A stretch of DNA of 64,000 bases from Cyanidioschyzon merolae (Eukaryota), in the NCBI GenBank assembly GCA_000091205.1, contig AP006492.2; one strand, written 5' to 3'. The position numbers and the translations under genes are program-made. The first letter of the stretch is position 1. Each line of letters begins with the position of its first letter. Below the pieces are notes generated by a model. The model was given only the letters and a program-made list of their open reading frames with translations, did not search any database and was not told the origin of the DNA. Of this stretch, positions 22,373 to 32,133 are shown piece after piece.

Positions 22373-23740
22373 TTATTGCGCATCGTACGCACCCATCTGT
22401 GTGTACTTTTGTACAACCAAATGATAGAGATTCTCCGCACGTGCCTGGCGCTTCTCCGACTTGCTTAGTGCCGGACTGATGCCTGCGTCGAGGTCGACTT
22501 GTGGCATTAGACTCATCCAGAGTCGTGCATAACTGACGACGCGCTGTTCGCCTTTCTCTTTTTCTACTTGATCTGGCGGCGGTAACATGTTGAAGGTGCC
22601 GATTGCCATCGGGTAGTAGTGACACGGACGACCTGCCTTCTCAGCCGATAGCCGGAAAAGCTCTATTGCGTCTGGATCAAAAGATGCACAGGTGACGCGT
22701 CCCGTTTCGGGGGAGCGTCGATCACGCCCCCCGCTGGGCGCAAACCAGACGCAGCGGCCTCCGTCGGCGAAGAGACGTTCCATTTCCCGCAGGGTCTTAC
22801 GATTGTGAGCCTGCTTCTCCGAACGCCGATCCGGCTCGTCTAAGATATGTTTTTTCGAGTACACCGTCAGCATGGAGCGACCGACGCTAAACGGCGCTGC
22901 TAGTGGATCGTCACGCACCCGATCACCGGCCATATACAGAATGCTCTCCGCGAGTGCTGCCCCAGATTCGCCGAAATGATGGCGAAACATATGGTAGATG
23001 GCAAAAGGATCGGCTTCGCTTTGATGATTCCCCACCAGGCATACGTTATCACCAGCTGCGAGCTGCGCTCGGATGCATGCGAACGACGCCTCCGAGGACG
23101 GATCCAGGTAGGAGCGTTGCAGATCACAAAGCGGTCGCGAAAATCTGTTTCCAAATGCGGTATAGTTGAACTCAGGTCCGCTCACAGCTTGATGATACGG
23201 CTTGAAATGGAAGGGGTGCTTCAGCTCATAGATAAGAATATCGAAAAGTGTTGAAAAGTTATCCGAGCACCAGCGTAAGACCTGCTTTGGGTCGGTTGAC
23301 GGACACCCGAACAGCACTAGCGCCCCGTCCGCAGCCGCGGCTAGCGCAGCTTTCTCGTACGATTCATACCAGCCGCGTAAAACTGAGCACGCTCTGGTGC
23401 TCAGAAGCGAACGTTGTCGGAAGAGCTCGAGACGCTCGAGAAACGTCAACTTGGGGTTCGCGTCCGAGAACAGCTTTCGGTCACAACAGGTAGGCGTCGG
23501 ACAAAGCAGCTCGATTGGAAAGCGAAAGCTTTCATTTTCCGCGGTCTGGGCAAAAAGTGTGCGCGCCCCGGGGGCATTCGATTCCGCAGCGAGCGCGACC
23601 CAGCGAGGCAGCGCACGCTTGCGTCTCTGTAACTGCCAGTGAAGTCGTTGCCGCGTTAACAACAAGGATAATTGACGCTTCGTTCGTTGTCTAGAACCTC
23701 TCAAACCGAAAGAAATACAAGACACCCACATGGAATGCAC
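22373..23740 (-). CDS. ATS1: Soluble plastid-type glycerol-3-phosphate acyltransferase (ATS1/GPAT family)
   Basis: LVGNHQSEADPFAI matches the ATS1-specific NHQSEADP acyltransferase box. AGDRV..DPL..PFSVGRSMLTVYSKKH, WFAPSGGRDR and LPPPDQVE are all collinear with plant and algal ATS1. Confidence 0.85.
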   Translation of the reverse strand: MHSMWVSCISFGLRGSRQRTKRQLSLLLTRQRLHWQLQRRKRALPRWVALAAESNAPGARTLFAQTAENESFRFPIELLCPTPTCCDRKLFSDANPKLTFLERLELFRQRSLLSTRACSVLRGWYESYEKAALAAAADGALVLFGCPSTDPKQVLRWCSDNFSTLFDILIYELKHPFHFKPYHQAVSGPEFNYTAFGNRFSRPLCDLQRSYLDPSSEASFACIRAQLAAGDNVCLVGNHQSEADPFAIYHMFRHHFGESGAALAESILYMAGDRVRDDPLAAPFSVGRSMLTVYSKKHILDEPDRRSEKQAHNRKTLREMERLFADGGRCVWFAPSGGRDRRSPETGRVTCASFDPDAIELFRLSAEKAGRPCHYYPMAIGTFNMLPPPDQVEKEKGEQRVVSYARLWMSLMPQVDLDAGISPALSKSEKRQARAENLYHLVVQKYTQMGAYDAQ

Positions 23741-24000
23741 GTCTTCTGTTCTTGGAGAGGTTGCTTACACCTCCAAAGGACGCTAGTGCAGGTCCGCAGG
23801 AGGCGCACCCCTCGGCAGCATCGCCGATCGCCGTTGTCGGACGCCCTGTTGCCGTCCGAATTCGGCGGCATGCGCGAATTGCGGCTCGTGCTAGAAACTC
23901 TTTTGTCTACGCGGCTGGACTAGTGCCGAGGCGGAGCGCTCGCTCCAAGTACCCTTATCCGGAACCCAAACACGCTTGGGGCTCTGTCGCTTCGTCCAGG

Positions 24001-24570
24001 GGACTAGCAGCGTCTGTTTGCGGTGATGATGACAAGCGCTTCCAGACTGCTCCCCATGCAGTGATTCCCCAAAAGTCTCTTCGAAGAAAACTTGACGGAC
24101 ACGCTTCTCCTCGACGGCTAGCAGCGTCTCTTTGCGGCGATGATGACAAGCGCTTCCAGACTGCTCTCTATGCGGAGATTCTCCAAAAGTCTCTTCGAAG
24201 AAAACTTGACGGACACGCTTCTCCTCGACGGCTAGCAGCGTCTCTTTGCGGTGATGATGACATGCGCTTCCAGACTGCTCCCCATGCAGTGATTCCCCAA
24301 AAGTGTCTTCGAAGAAAACTTGACGGACACGCTTCTCCTCGACGGCTAGCAGCGTCTCTTTGCGGCGATGATGACAAGCGCTTCCAGACTGCTCTCCATG
24401 CAGTGATTCCCCAAAAGTCTCTTCGAAGAAAACTTGACGGACACGCTTCTCCTCGACGGCTAGCAGCGTCTGTTTGCGGTGATGATGACAAGCGCTTCCA
24501 GACTGCTCTCCATGCAGTGATTCCCCAAAAGTCTCTTCGAAGAAGGCTTGAAAAACACGCATATACGCCC
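24001..24570. repeat. Minisatellite of 5 near-identical copies of a 114-bp (38-codon) unit
   Basis: Units start at about 24001, 24118, 24232, 24346 and 24460 ('gg(a/c)tagcagcgtct(g/c)tttgcgg(t/c)gatgatgaca(a/t)gcgcttccagactgct...'). The repeat is in frame on both strands. The plus strand reads LAASLCGDDDKRFQTALHAVIPQKSLRRKLDGHASPRR, and the minus strand is also open. It lies about 260 bp upstream of the ATS1 start codon. Confidence 0.8.
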
Positions 24571-25160
24571 GCATGAGTGCCGACCCGACGAGTGCGTACC
24601 TCACAGGGCTCGCGCGTCCAAGCGAGTCTCATACAAGACCGGCCGCTCGACGATCCGTCGGCAGCATTGACGTCCCCTGACTCAGCCAACATGAACGCAC
24701 TTTCACCAGAATAAGCTTTGATGCATCCAGTAGCAGAGGCAGAAGGCTAGTGGTATCGACACTCTGCCACAGAAAAACTGATAATTCGCCATACCGAGTC
24801 GATGAGCAATTCGAACGTATGGACAAGAGCCTCGAGACGCAATGCAGCTTTGCAGAAACGACGTGTATGCTGTACAGCGCGGCATCCTGCCAGGAAGCGC
24901 CGTACGCGTCAGGCGCTCGTCATGCGCCCCAGCGGCGCCCAGGGATAGCCACGAGGCCGCGGCATCGCCGATGCCAATCGATCGTCTGTCGCCCGCAAGG
25001 CACTGCACAAACGCGGAGCACGGAGCGTATGCCCCGCGATCAGTTGCCGTTCAGCAGCAGGCCAAAGCAGGCAACAGCGGCTCTTCTGCTTGCAGCCCGC
25101 ATGGTGACAGCATACCGTCGATGATCCCGGAGTCGTCGATCCAGCGCAACGTGTCGAAGC

Positions 25161-25196
25161 AGTAGCAGGAGCAGGAGCAGCAGCAGCAGCAGCAGC
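25161..25196. repeat. (CAG)n trinucleotide microsatellite
   Basis: 'gcaggagcaggagcagcagcagcagcagcagcc'. The poly-Leu and poly-Gln ORFs across it are artefacts. Confidence 0.8.
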
Positions 25197-25498
25197 CACG
25201 CATGCTCTAGCACCCAAGTCGCTCGCATCGTGACAGAATACAGCTTTTATAAAGCTCCATGGCATTTATCCTATTGCCAGCGAGTAGCATGCTCCCGCAC
25301 TGACCATTGGATACGCATCACGATCGACACTGGCACCCTGAACTGGTCACGATAGCACCTCTAGAGGAGCATGTAGCGCCAGGCTGCTGCACGCGGGCTG
25401 GCGGCTGGCATGCGCATTGAATCCCTGGGGGGGCGCGCGTCGCCCCGCGTGGCTCGACGCTATCCTTCGCGTTACCGCGTGGTGCCGTTGCTCTTGCC

Positions 25499-26665
25499 AT
25501 GTCGGCAGAAGGCGGAGCCAGCGAGTCCAAATCTGTTGACAGAGCAGACGAAGACGTTGTCATGCCGGGTGATGTCCAGCAACGAACGCCTATGGAAACC
25601 AGTTCTTCACGAGAACCCGAACAGGCGTCTCCGCCAAGTCCCGCGAGGCGCGACAGCGACGCCGGCGCCCACTCTAGCGTGACGCCAACGGTGCCGTTGC
25701 ACGCTGAGGAGCGCACGTCACCTCGACAGGACCAAACTGGTGCAGGAACCGATGCGACTGCGATTGCAAGCACGGCACCAAGTCCCGGGGGAGCGAATGC
25801 GTCCGGGTTGCCGGATCCTCAAGAACTGGAGCTTGCCGCAGCACGCAAGAGAAGACGACAGTGGTTGTACAGCCAGGAGCGCAATGACCCTGAGGAGGCT
25901 TTCCAGCGTGAGCGTCCGTTCTTGCAGCACGTTCCGCTTGCGGCAACGGCGGCTGGCGCAACGGAATCGGTACCCGAAGCACTCCTGTGCCAGTTACGAC
26001 GTAATCCATACGGAGACTCGCGGGCGTCGGCGTTAGCCTATACCTTGGGCCTGGGCGGGCGTTTACTCCTTCACTCTACTGCGCTTTATTGTCGTCGAAT
26101 GACAGGAATGTGGGGCGAATCCCCAAAGGGTCGATGTATTCAGCGAGTCTGCGCTCGCAAAATCGACGCAGAAACTGGAACAGTTCTCTACTGGTGCGGC
26201 ATCCGTGCGAACGAGGACGCGGGAGACTCCACGAACACCGATTCCGTGACCTGGCGATGGCTGCGTCGTCGAACGCTCGCGCGACTCGCTCCGGAAAAGT
26301 TGCTGGACTTTGACCGTCGACACCCGGAGACACCGCACATTGCGCGCCTCGAGACACTCAAGCAGCAAGGCAAGGTCCGCTACACGCGGGAGGCGCTCGA
26401 CCCCTGCCTTGTTCGTTTGCAAATAGCGCACGGGCGCCTGAATCTGGATATTTATGCGAGCCATGTCGAAATTACGCTACCGGACACGCACTTGCGTCCA
26501 TACCGTCCGACGTTACATCTGGCGGGCAAAGTTTGCGCGCTGCCGTCAACAGACTCGAGCGCTTTATCGTCTTTGATGACGGAACCAGCGTCCCGATTCT
26601 ACGCTCGATTGCGACACTCGCTTGCAAAGTCGCTTGGAAACGGGGCAGATGACTCGCACCCGTAG
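25499..26665 (+). CDS. Hypothetical protein (388 aa) with an acidic, Ser/Pro-rich N-terminus
   Basis: A long ORF of host-like composition. No recognisable domain. Confidence 0.4.
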   Translation: MSAEGGASESKSVDRADEDVVMPGDVQQRTPMETSSSREPEQASPPSPARRDSDAGAHSSVTPTVPLHAEERTSPRQDQTGAGTDATAIASTAPSPGGANASGLPDPQELELAAARKRRRQWLYSQERNDPEEAFQRERPFLQHVPLAATAAGATESVPEALLCQLRRNPYGDSRASALAYTLGLGGRLLLHSTALYCRRMTGMWGESPKGRCIQRVCARKIDAETGTVLYWCGIRANEDAGDSTNTDSVTWRWLRRRTLARLAPEKLLDFDRRHPETPHIARLETLKQQGKVRYTREALDPCLVRLQIAHGRLNLDIYASHVEITLPDTHLRPYRPTLHLAGKVCALPSTDSSALSSLMTEPASRFYARLRHSLAKSLGNGADDSHP

Positions 26666-26940
26666 ACTGCACCGTACGACGTATGAACTGTTGGACGCTG
26701 CTTAGGCTTGATCGCCACCGCAGCGGACCATGCACTCGCATTCGTGGCGTTTTGTTGCTATCGTTGCTGGTGCTCCATATACCACTCTTCTACACCTATC
26801 ATTACTGAGAGGCTGGACATGATTCGGCGCTGCGAGTGTTCTTCGGAGGCGTGATTTCACGCCCTCGTGCAGTTGCTTGCATACCAGCATGCCTGTTGGA
26901 CTTGGCTGTGCGACTGTCCATGAGACGGATCATAGGCTCT

Positions 26941-29328
26941 TTACGTCGGGGTATCTAGTGCGGGATTGGTGCTATTCGCGTCAGCGATCGGCGCGGCCTC
27001 GTTGACGCACACGGGCAAGGGGACTGAAATCCCGGGCGAAGCATCGGCCGGTGTATCCGGCTGCGTCGCATCCGTCGTCTTGGCAACTTCAAAGCCGCCG
27101 CCATGTTGCGTACGGGGCACTGGCCCAGATACCGATCGTACGCCCGCTTCGGTAGTAGACGCAGGCAGTGCCCAGTTGAGCTGGTCGAGAACCCACGGCG
27201 CTAAAGTGAACTTTCCGCGATCTGCTTTGCGAAACGGGGACGACTCGCGCCGTCGCTTCATATTTCGATAAATTTGACTGCTAAAGGTATTGTGCGGCTC
27301 GGGCGAAACCGTGGGATTGAAACCCCGAGCCCGTGCAATCCGGAGAATCTCGCGGGCATCCATTTCGACTCGAGCAGGGAGCGCGGCTCGCGCTTTTGAC
27401 AATCTGTCGCGATCCTGATCAGAGACACCTTCGCCTTGGGTTTCCGCTCTGCTGCTGTATTCGACGACGCGTCGCCGACGCATCCATTCCGCTTCGCGCA
27501 GCACGAGAAACGCAGCTTGTAAAAAGCGGTTATTGGAGAGCCCTGCGGCCTCATCGTAGCCGGTGAGACCTCGCGTTCGCGTCCCTAGAACGTATCGCCT
27601 GCCGTCATCAAGCATCGTCATCACGAGGAGAGGCCCGGCTTCTTCCTCCTCGGGCCGTAACGGTGCCGCTGGCGGCAACGGCACCTGTCTCGCTGTCGAC
27701 GACGCTCTGCGTCTGGATGCTCGCGGCAACCTGGTGCCCGAAGCGGGCGTCGTCGACGTCCAAGTGAGCGGCCCCATAGCTACCCTCGGAGGCACCCATG
27801 GAGCGCCCTGTGCATTCAGCACAACCATATCCGGCTCAAGGAGGCGTGATGCCGGCTCCGGAAGCGGATGCTCGTGGACGCACTGCGCGCACGTGATGAT
27901 CCCGATGCGAAGGCCGGGCTCTAGGGCGTGTCGAATCGCGAACGGCTCATGACGCCTGCCGGCAGGTGCGTGCCGCGCACAGAAGCACCGTGTGCACATC
28001 TTACACAGGTATCCGTAGTCGGTGGGCTGATGGCCACACACGGAACACCCATGTTGATCACAGAGAAAGGGCGTCTCTGCATGTTCAGCAGCGCCCATAC
28101 AGGATGGATGGAAAGCGCGTCTGCAACTCGACAGGATGCAGAAGCGCATTTCGCCCGAGGCCTGCCCACAGATCCCACACGCCTGCAGCGACGTCATCCT
28201 GGGCTCTGCGGTGTTTCGCGGTTGCTGGCTTGTGCTCGTATCGTTCATAACCATTCTGGTCTGTTCGAATCGGGTCGTCTTGCTTTCGTTTGGGGATACG
28301 ACCACCAGGCGCCTATCGTTGCTGCGAAATCGAGAGGCGTGACCCTGATCGGAATCGGTATCCGCTTCGGTTTCGGTGGAGGAGTCATCCGCGGGTTTGG
28401 CGCGTGCCTCGGCGTCGCCCGGGCTCGGTGCGAAATGCACCGGGGCGGGTGCTGCCCTCAGCGGTTCCGTTACAGAGGCGCCAGACGGCTGCACGTCCAT
28501 GGCGGTTGCCGCTGCGGCTGTCGCCGGATGCCCAAAGGTCGGCAAACTCGTGCCGCTCGCAATGCAGGTAGCCAGTTGCGCAGATCGGATGGAAGACAGC
28601 CGTCTGCGCTGACTCGCTGCTGGAGAGCGTACCAAGTGAAATACTGGCCAGAGCCAGAGTGCAAGTGCACTCGCTTCGTTGCCGGATCCAGCGCCTGCTC
28701 CCATGGCCTCCAAAGACTGCGCATTCCGCAAAACCTCTTCCGGGAAAAGCCCGTCTAAAGGCGCTCCGCCCGCCGCTGACTCGAACGTCGCGCTCTTCGC
28801 TCCTTCCCTGCTGATCAAGAGACAGGCTCGCGGTATCAGCGTCCCCTGGAGGTCCATGAGGCACCAGTCCGAGACCGGTGTGCCGTAGACTCCGGAGAAC
28901 GCTCCGTCAGATTCGGTTGTGGGGCCAACAAAAAACCGCTGTGCTTCGTCCAAAAGTTGTCCCGCCGTCAGGCTACTGGTCACTCGAAACCGGCGAAACT
29001 GACCCTGGTAAATAACCCAAGCGAAAGCCGGACCAGCACTCGACGGCCGCGCCGCCTCTGCAGTTCGAGCTCGCTCAGCGTGCTCCAACCGCTGCTGCGG
29101 AGCGTCCTGTGAACCCAGAACATACGCTTGTGCCGGCAACGCGTGTGCGGTATCCCTGGTACTGCCCGCACGGAACACCACCTGAGCCTGGTCACACCCG
29201 ACTGAGGCAGGGCTCGCACAGGCTCCAGCCATCCTGCCTCTTGTGAGCCCTGGGCTCCTCATAAACGGCTCCTGGTACGTATCATGGCCTTGTACAGGCT
29301 CACTGGCGTTCTCGGAGGCACCGTCCAT
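26941..29328 (-). CDS. PHD-like / treble-clef zinc-finger protein (795 aa)
   Basis: CGICGQASGEMRFCILSSCRRAFHPSC has C-x2-C-x9-C-x4-C-x4-H-x2-C spacing. A second Cys/His cluster follows: CDQHGCSVCGHQ...CKMCTRCFCARH. The Cys/His clusters lie in the middle of the ORF (about residue 380 of 795). The plus-strand ORFs 27928..28758 and others are antisense. Confidence 0.55.
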   Translation of the reverse strand: MDGASENASEPVQGHDTYQEPFMRSPGLTRGRMAGACASPASVGCDQAQVVFRAGSTRDTAHALPAQAYVLGSQDAPQQRLEHAERARTAEAARPSSAGPAFAWVIYQGQFRRFRVTSSLTAGQLLDEAQRFFVGPTTESDGAFSGVYGTPVSDWCLMDLQGTLIPRACLLISREGAKSATFESAAGGAPLDGLFPEEVLRNAQSLEAMGAGAGSGNEASALALWLWPVFHLVRSPAASQRRRLSSIRSAQLATCIASGTSLPTFGHPATAAAATAMDVQPSGASVTEPLRAAPAPVHFAPSPGDAEARAKPADDSSTETEADTDSDQGHASRFRSNDRRLVVVSPNESKTTRFEQTRMVMNDTSTSQQPRNTAEPRMTSLQACGICGQASGEMRFCILSSCRRAFHPSCMGAAEHAETPFLCDQHGCSVCGHQPTDYGYLCKMCTRCFCARHAPAGRRHEPFAIRHALEPGLRIGIITCAQCVHEHPLPEPASRLLEPDMVVLNAQGAPWVPPRVAMGPLTWTSTTPASGTRLPRASRRRASSTARQVPLPPAAPLRPEEEEAGPLLVMTMLDDGRRYVLGTRTRGLTGYDEAAGLSNNRFLQAAFLVLREAEWMRRRRVVEYSSRAETQGEGVSDQDRDRLSKARAALPARVEMDAREILRIARARGFNPTVSPEPHNTFSSQIYRNMKRRRESSPFRKADRGKFTLAPWVLDQLNWALPASTTEAGVRSVSGPVPRTQHGGGFEVAKTTDATQPDTPADASPGISVPLPVCVNEAAPIADANSTNPALDTPT

Positions 29329-29789
29329 AGACCAGAACCTCCTGGTAACGAACGCCCCCTGATTCTTGTTCTAGTCGAACGCAAAACTTGTCATCAATGC
29401 GTTCAGGCGTGCGCCAGGACGCGCGCTGCTGCAGTGCATCGTGGCAGGCATCGGCGGCAGCTGCCCTGCGGGACGTTGGATGCGCTGTGCAGCGGCGCAA
29501 CGACGTGCGAGGCGGCGGCGGCGGCGGCGACGGCGCAAGTCGTCCCCGCCAGGAACGGGGTCACAGCATAGGTGTATAGCTGTCGGTGTCCATTGAGCAG
29601 TGGGATTAGAAGATAAACGTATTTACCCATGACAAGTGATAACGATGCGAATCCTTGTACTGTTCGGATATGCAGACACTAGCTGGAGGCACTTTCCGAC
29701 AGACGTTCTCTGTTAGCGTTGCGAAAATCGGAAGCTCGTCCCGAATCGATCCGTCGTAAGGCAGCAGAAGCAGCAGCAGCACTGAGCAG

Positions 29790-30700
29790 GTGTCCAAGAT
29801 CGCACGTGTCCAGCTCTGGATTCTCGCGTGGGCCTCGAAGGTAACGTCAACTCCGGCGAACAGGTTCCGTTTCCATCTGAAAAAGTCCCTTTTCGATGCT
29901 GTGGGTATATTGATGCACGCTTACGCGCTGCTCGTGTCCGTCCGAGGTATCCGGCGATACCGGAAGCGTGCCGTTCGCGACCACTGGGCCCAGCCTCGAC
30001 GTCTTTTGGAGCCTCATGATGCGTGCTCCATGACAGTACGGCTGGATCGGTTCACGTATCGTGTCGTGTACGAAGGACCTCCGGTCCGATTTTTCCCGGT
30101 CGTTGCGCACTCATGCCGCTGGGTTGTCCCCAAGCGTACAGAGCCTCGTGAATCGCGCCGGGCGTGCGTCCATCGAGCGATAGCCCCGCACCAAGTTGTT
30201 AGAGGCGGCGCTAACCGCACACGCACCAGCACATCGACTAGCTGCTCGTCGGGAGGCATTTCATCGAGCAGGACGAGCACGCAGGTTCACGGATTCAGCA
30301 GCACATCGACTAGCTGCTAGTCGGGAGGCATTTCATCGAGCAGGACGAGCACGCAGGTTCACGGATTCAGCAGCACATCGACTAGCTGCTAGTCGGGAGG
30401 CATTTCATCGAGCAGGACGAGCATGCAGGTTCACGGATTCGTTCACCTCGTCACTCGCGTAAGCCGAGCAAAGGTCCGCGTATCGAAACGTCAACACACG
30501 CGATACATGGTGGTGAAGGAGAAACGCGCTCCCCAGAATTCTTTCTAACTGCCAAGTGTCTCCAAGGCAACGTGGCGCGAGTGCAGGTCAGTGTACGCAG
30601 GCTGTCGGAGCATAAATCGATAACGATGAATACCGGTCCCGCATGGAATGAATCAAGTCGCATGCTGATGCCCTTCGCGGCATAGCAAAGCCGTTCTGCC
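29790..30700 (+). mobile_element. Second 5'-truncated LINE-like 3' fragment. It comprises a degenerate ORF, a 72-bp x3 tandem array and the R1 tail module (copy c).
   Basis: ORF 29790..30320 (KIARVQLWILAWASKV...DHWAQPRRLLEPHDACSM) aligns weakly with the 19725..20255 ORF (AKIRVDGFWLPARALS...SHWESHCPCYRDE). The 3' part, about 30490-30700, carries the R1 core '...gcatagcaaagccgttctgcctccgtggtgca' in the same order as copy b. Confidence 0.3.
30228..30440. repeat. Tandem repeat of about 2.9 copies of a 72-bp (24-codon) unit
   Basis: The unit is 'agcacatcgactagctgctcgtcgggaggcatttcatcgagcaggacgagcacgcaggttcacggattcagc'. It encodes AAHRLAASREAFHRAGRARRFTDS in frame. Confidence 0.8.
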
Positions 30701-31092
30701 TCCGTGGTGCACCTGCGCCAGCGCCACAGGCGCTATGGAGGGTGCTTATGAAAGACTCGACCCACCGTGGAACGTTCGACACGACCGTTTTCTCCAGACG
30801 GGTGCTTGGTAAATGCAACTTGGGGGTAGCGTCAAGCACGAGCAACGCTTTATCCAATCTCTATATTCTTTCGTGCCTTCGCAGGCATCTCCAGTCTGTG
30901 TAAAAAACCCCTCTGTCCATCGAGAGAAATCATCGACGCCAGCGCATGATGCCGCTGCGCGCGCGCTGCACCGCACCGCACGGGACCATCGCCAGTCCAT
31001 GCATTTCGTCTGAGATAGCCAGCGGCGATTCCCGTTCCGGAACGTGTAACGTGATTTGTTCAGTGTGAGACAAATACAGCTTCGTACGCAGC

Positions 31093-32133
31093 TTGCATTC
31101 GTCTTTGGAACGGAACATGGATCCTAACAGGAAGAAACTGTGCTGTTTTTTGGGATTATTTTTGCCAGCAGGCAAGCTGCTAACCAAAAGAAAGCAACGG
31201 AAACGTGAGAGTAGCGCTTTCGCGGGGAGGTGCTCGCCTGCGCTGACGCTCTGCGCAGTCACGACGTCAGAACAGACGCCGAAGCCTGTACAGTCAACGG
31301 CTGCTGAAGACTCCGCGGAAAGCGAGCTGCAGCTGCAGCTTCTGGGTCCGTTGCGTAGGCGCTCGCTATGGGAGCGCGTCGACCACTACCGTCAGCAGGT
31401 GGCCGCGGAAACCCCAAGTCTACCCTCAACCCGGAACGCCCTGTTGAGCAACTTTGTTCCACGGAACAAAGCTGCTGCTGAAGAGGGTCTTGGTCTCGAG
31501 TGGGACGAGGCTATCGAGGAACTGGCCTGCGGTGCACCGGCGACGATATGCCCTGTGATTCGCTTCACCTGTCGCCGAGGACACGTGGTTTCAGTGGCAG
31601 CGAATAGCAAGCTCGCTTCCCGGGGTGAATGCCCTGTTTGTCAGTATGCGGCGCGCTGCGGACGGGCGTCGTCTTTGAGGGAGTATCGACCTCTGCAAAG
31701 CAAGCGCTTTGAGCGCTACACGCTCGACATGCTCAAGGCTGCTGCAATGGAACGCGGCGGCGAGCTCCTCTCCACCGAATACGTCAATGCACGTCGGAAG
31801 CTGCTCTGGCGCTGTGGACAGTGTAAGCACGAGTGGTTCGCTACGACGGACAATATTTTGAGACTCGGTTCGTGGTGTCCAAAGTGCGCTCGCCGCCAGG
31901 GCCGTAATCGGGTAACGCTTGCAGATATGCAGGCCATTGCGGATATGCATGGTGGAGTGTGTCTGTCGAAAGAGTATCGGGGTGCCATGGTTCCACTACA
32001 GTTTCGTTGTGCAGAGGGTCACGAGTTCTGGGCGAACCCGAATAACATACGGCGAGGGATTCGTGGCCATGGAACGCAGCGCAAGCCGAGCTGGTGCCCG
32101 CACTGCGCGCGTGAGCGCCGCCAAAAGTCTTGA
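31093..32133 (+). CDS. Protein with three DUF4379-type zinc-ribbon repeats
   Basis: The repeats are FTCRRGHVVSVAANSKLASRGECPVCQ, WRCGQCKHEWFATTDNILRLGSWCPKCAR and FRCAEGHEFWANPNNIRRGIRGHGTQRKPSWCPHCAR. All fit W/F-x-C-x2-GH-x-W/F...CP-x-CA. The start may instead be M9 (MDPNRKK). Confidence 0.6.
   Translation: MHSSLERNMDPNRKKLCCFLGLFLPAGKLLTKRKQRKRESSAFAGRCSPALTLCAVTTSEQTPKPVQSTAAEDSAESELQLQLLGPLRRRSLWERVDHYRQQVAAETPSLPSTRNALLSNFVPRNKAAAEEGLGLEWDEAIEELACGAPATICPVIRFTCRRGHVVSVAANSKLASRGECPVCQYAARCGRASSLREYRPLQSKRFERYTLDMLKAAAMERGGELLSTEYVNARRKLLWRCGQCKHEWFATTDNILRLGSWCPKCARRQGRNRVTLADMQAIADMHGGVCLSKEYRGAMVPLQFRCAEGHEFWANPNNIRRGIRGHGTQRKPSWCPHCARERRQKS

Noticed and set aside
23752-24576. The minisatellite as a CRISPR-like array
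   Set aside because: The units are directly abutting with no unique spacers, and the period is 114 bp. The context is eukaryotic nuclear DNA. It is a protein-frame-preserving tandem repeat, not CRISPR.
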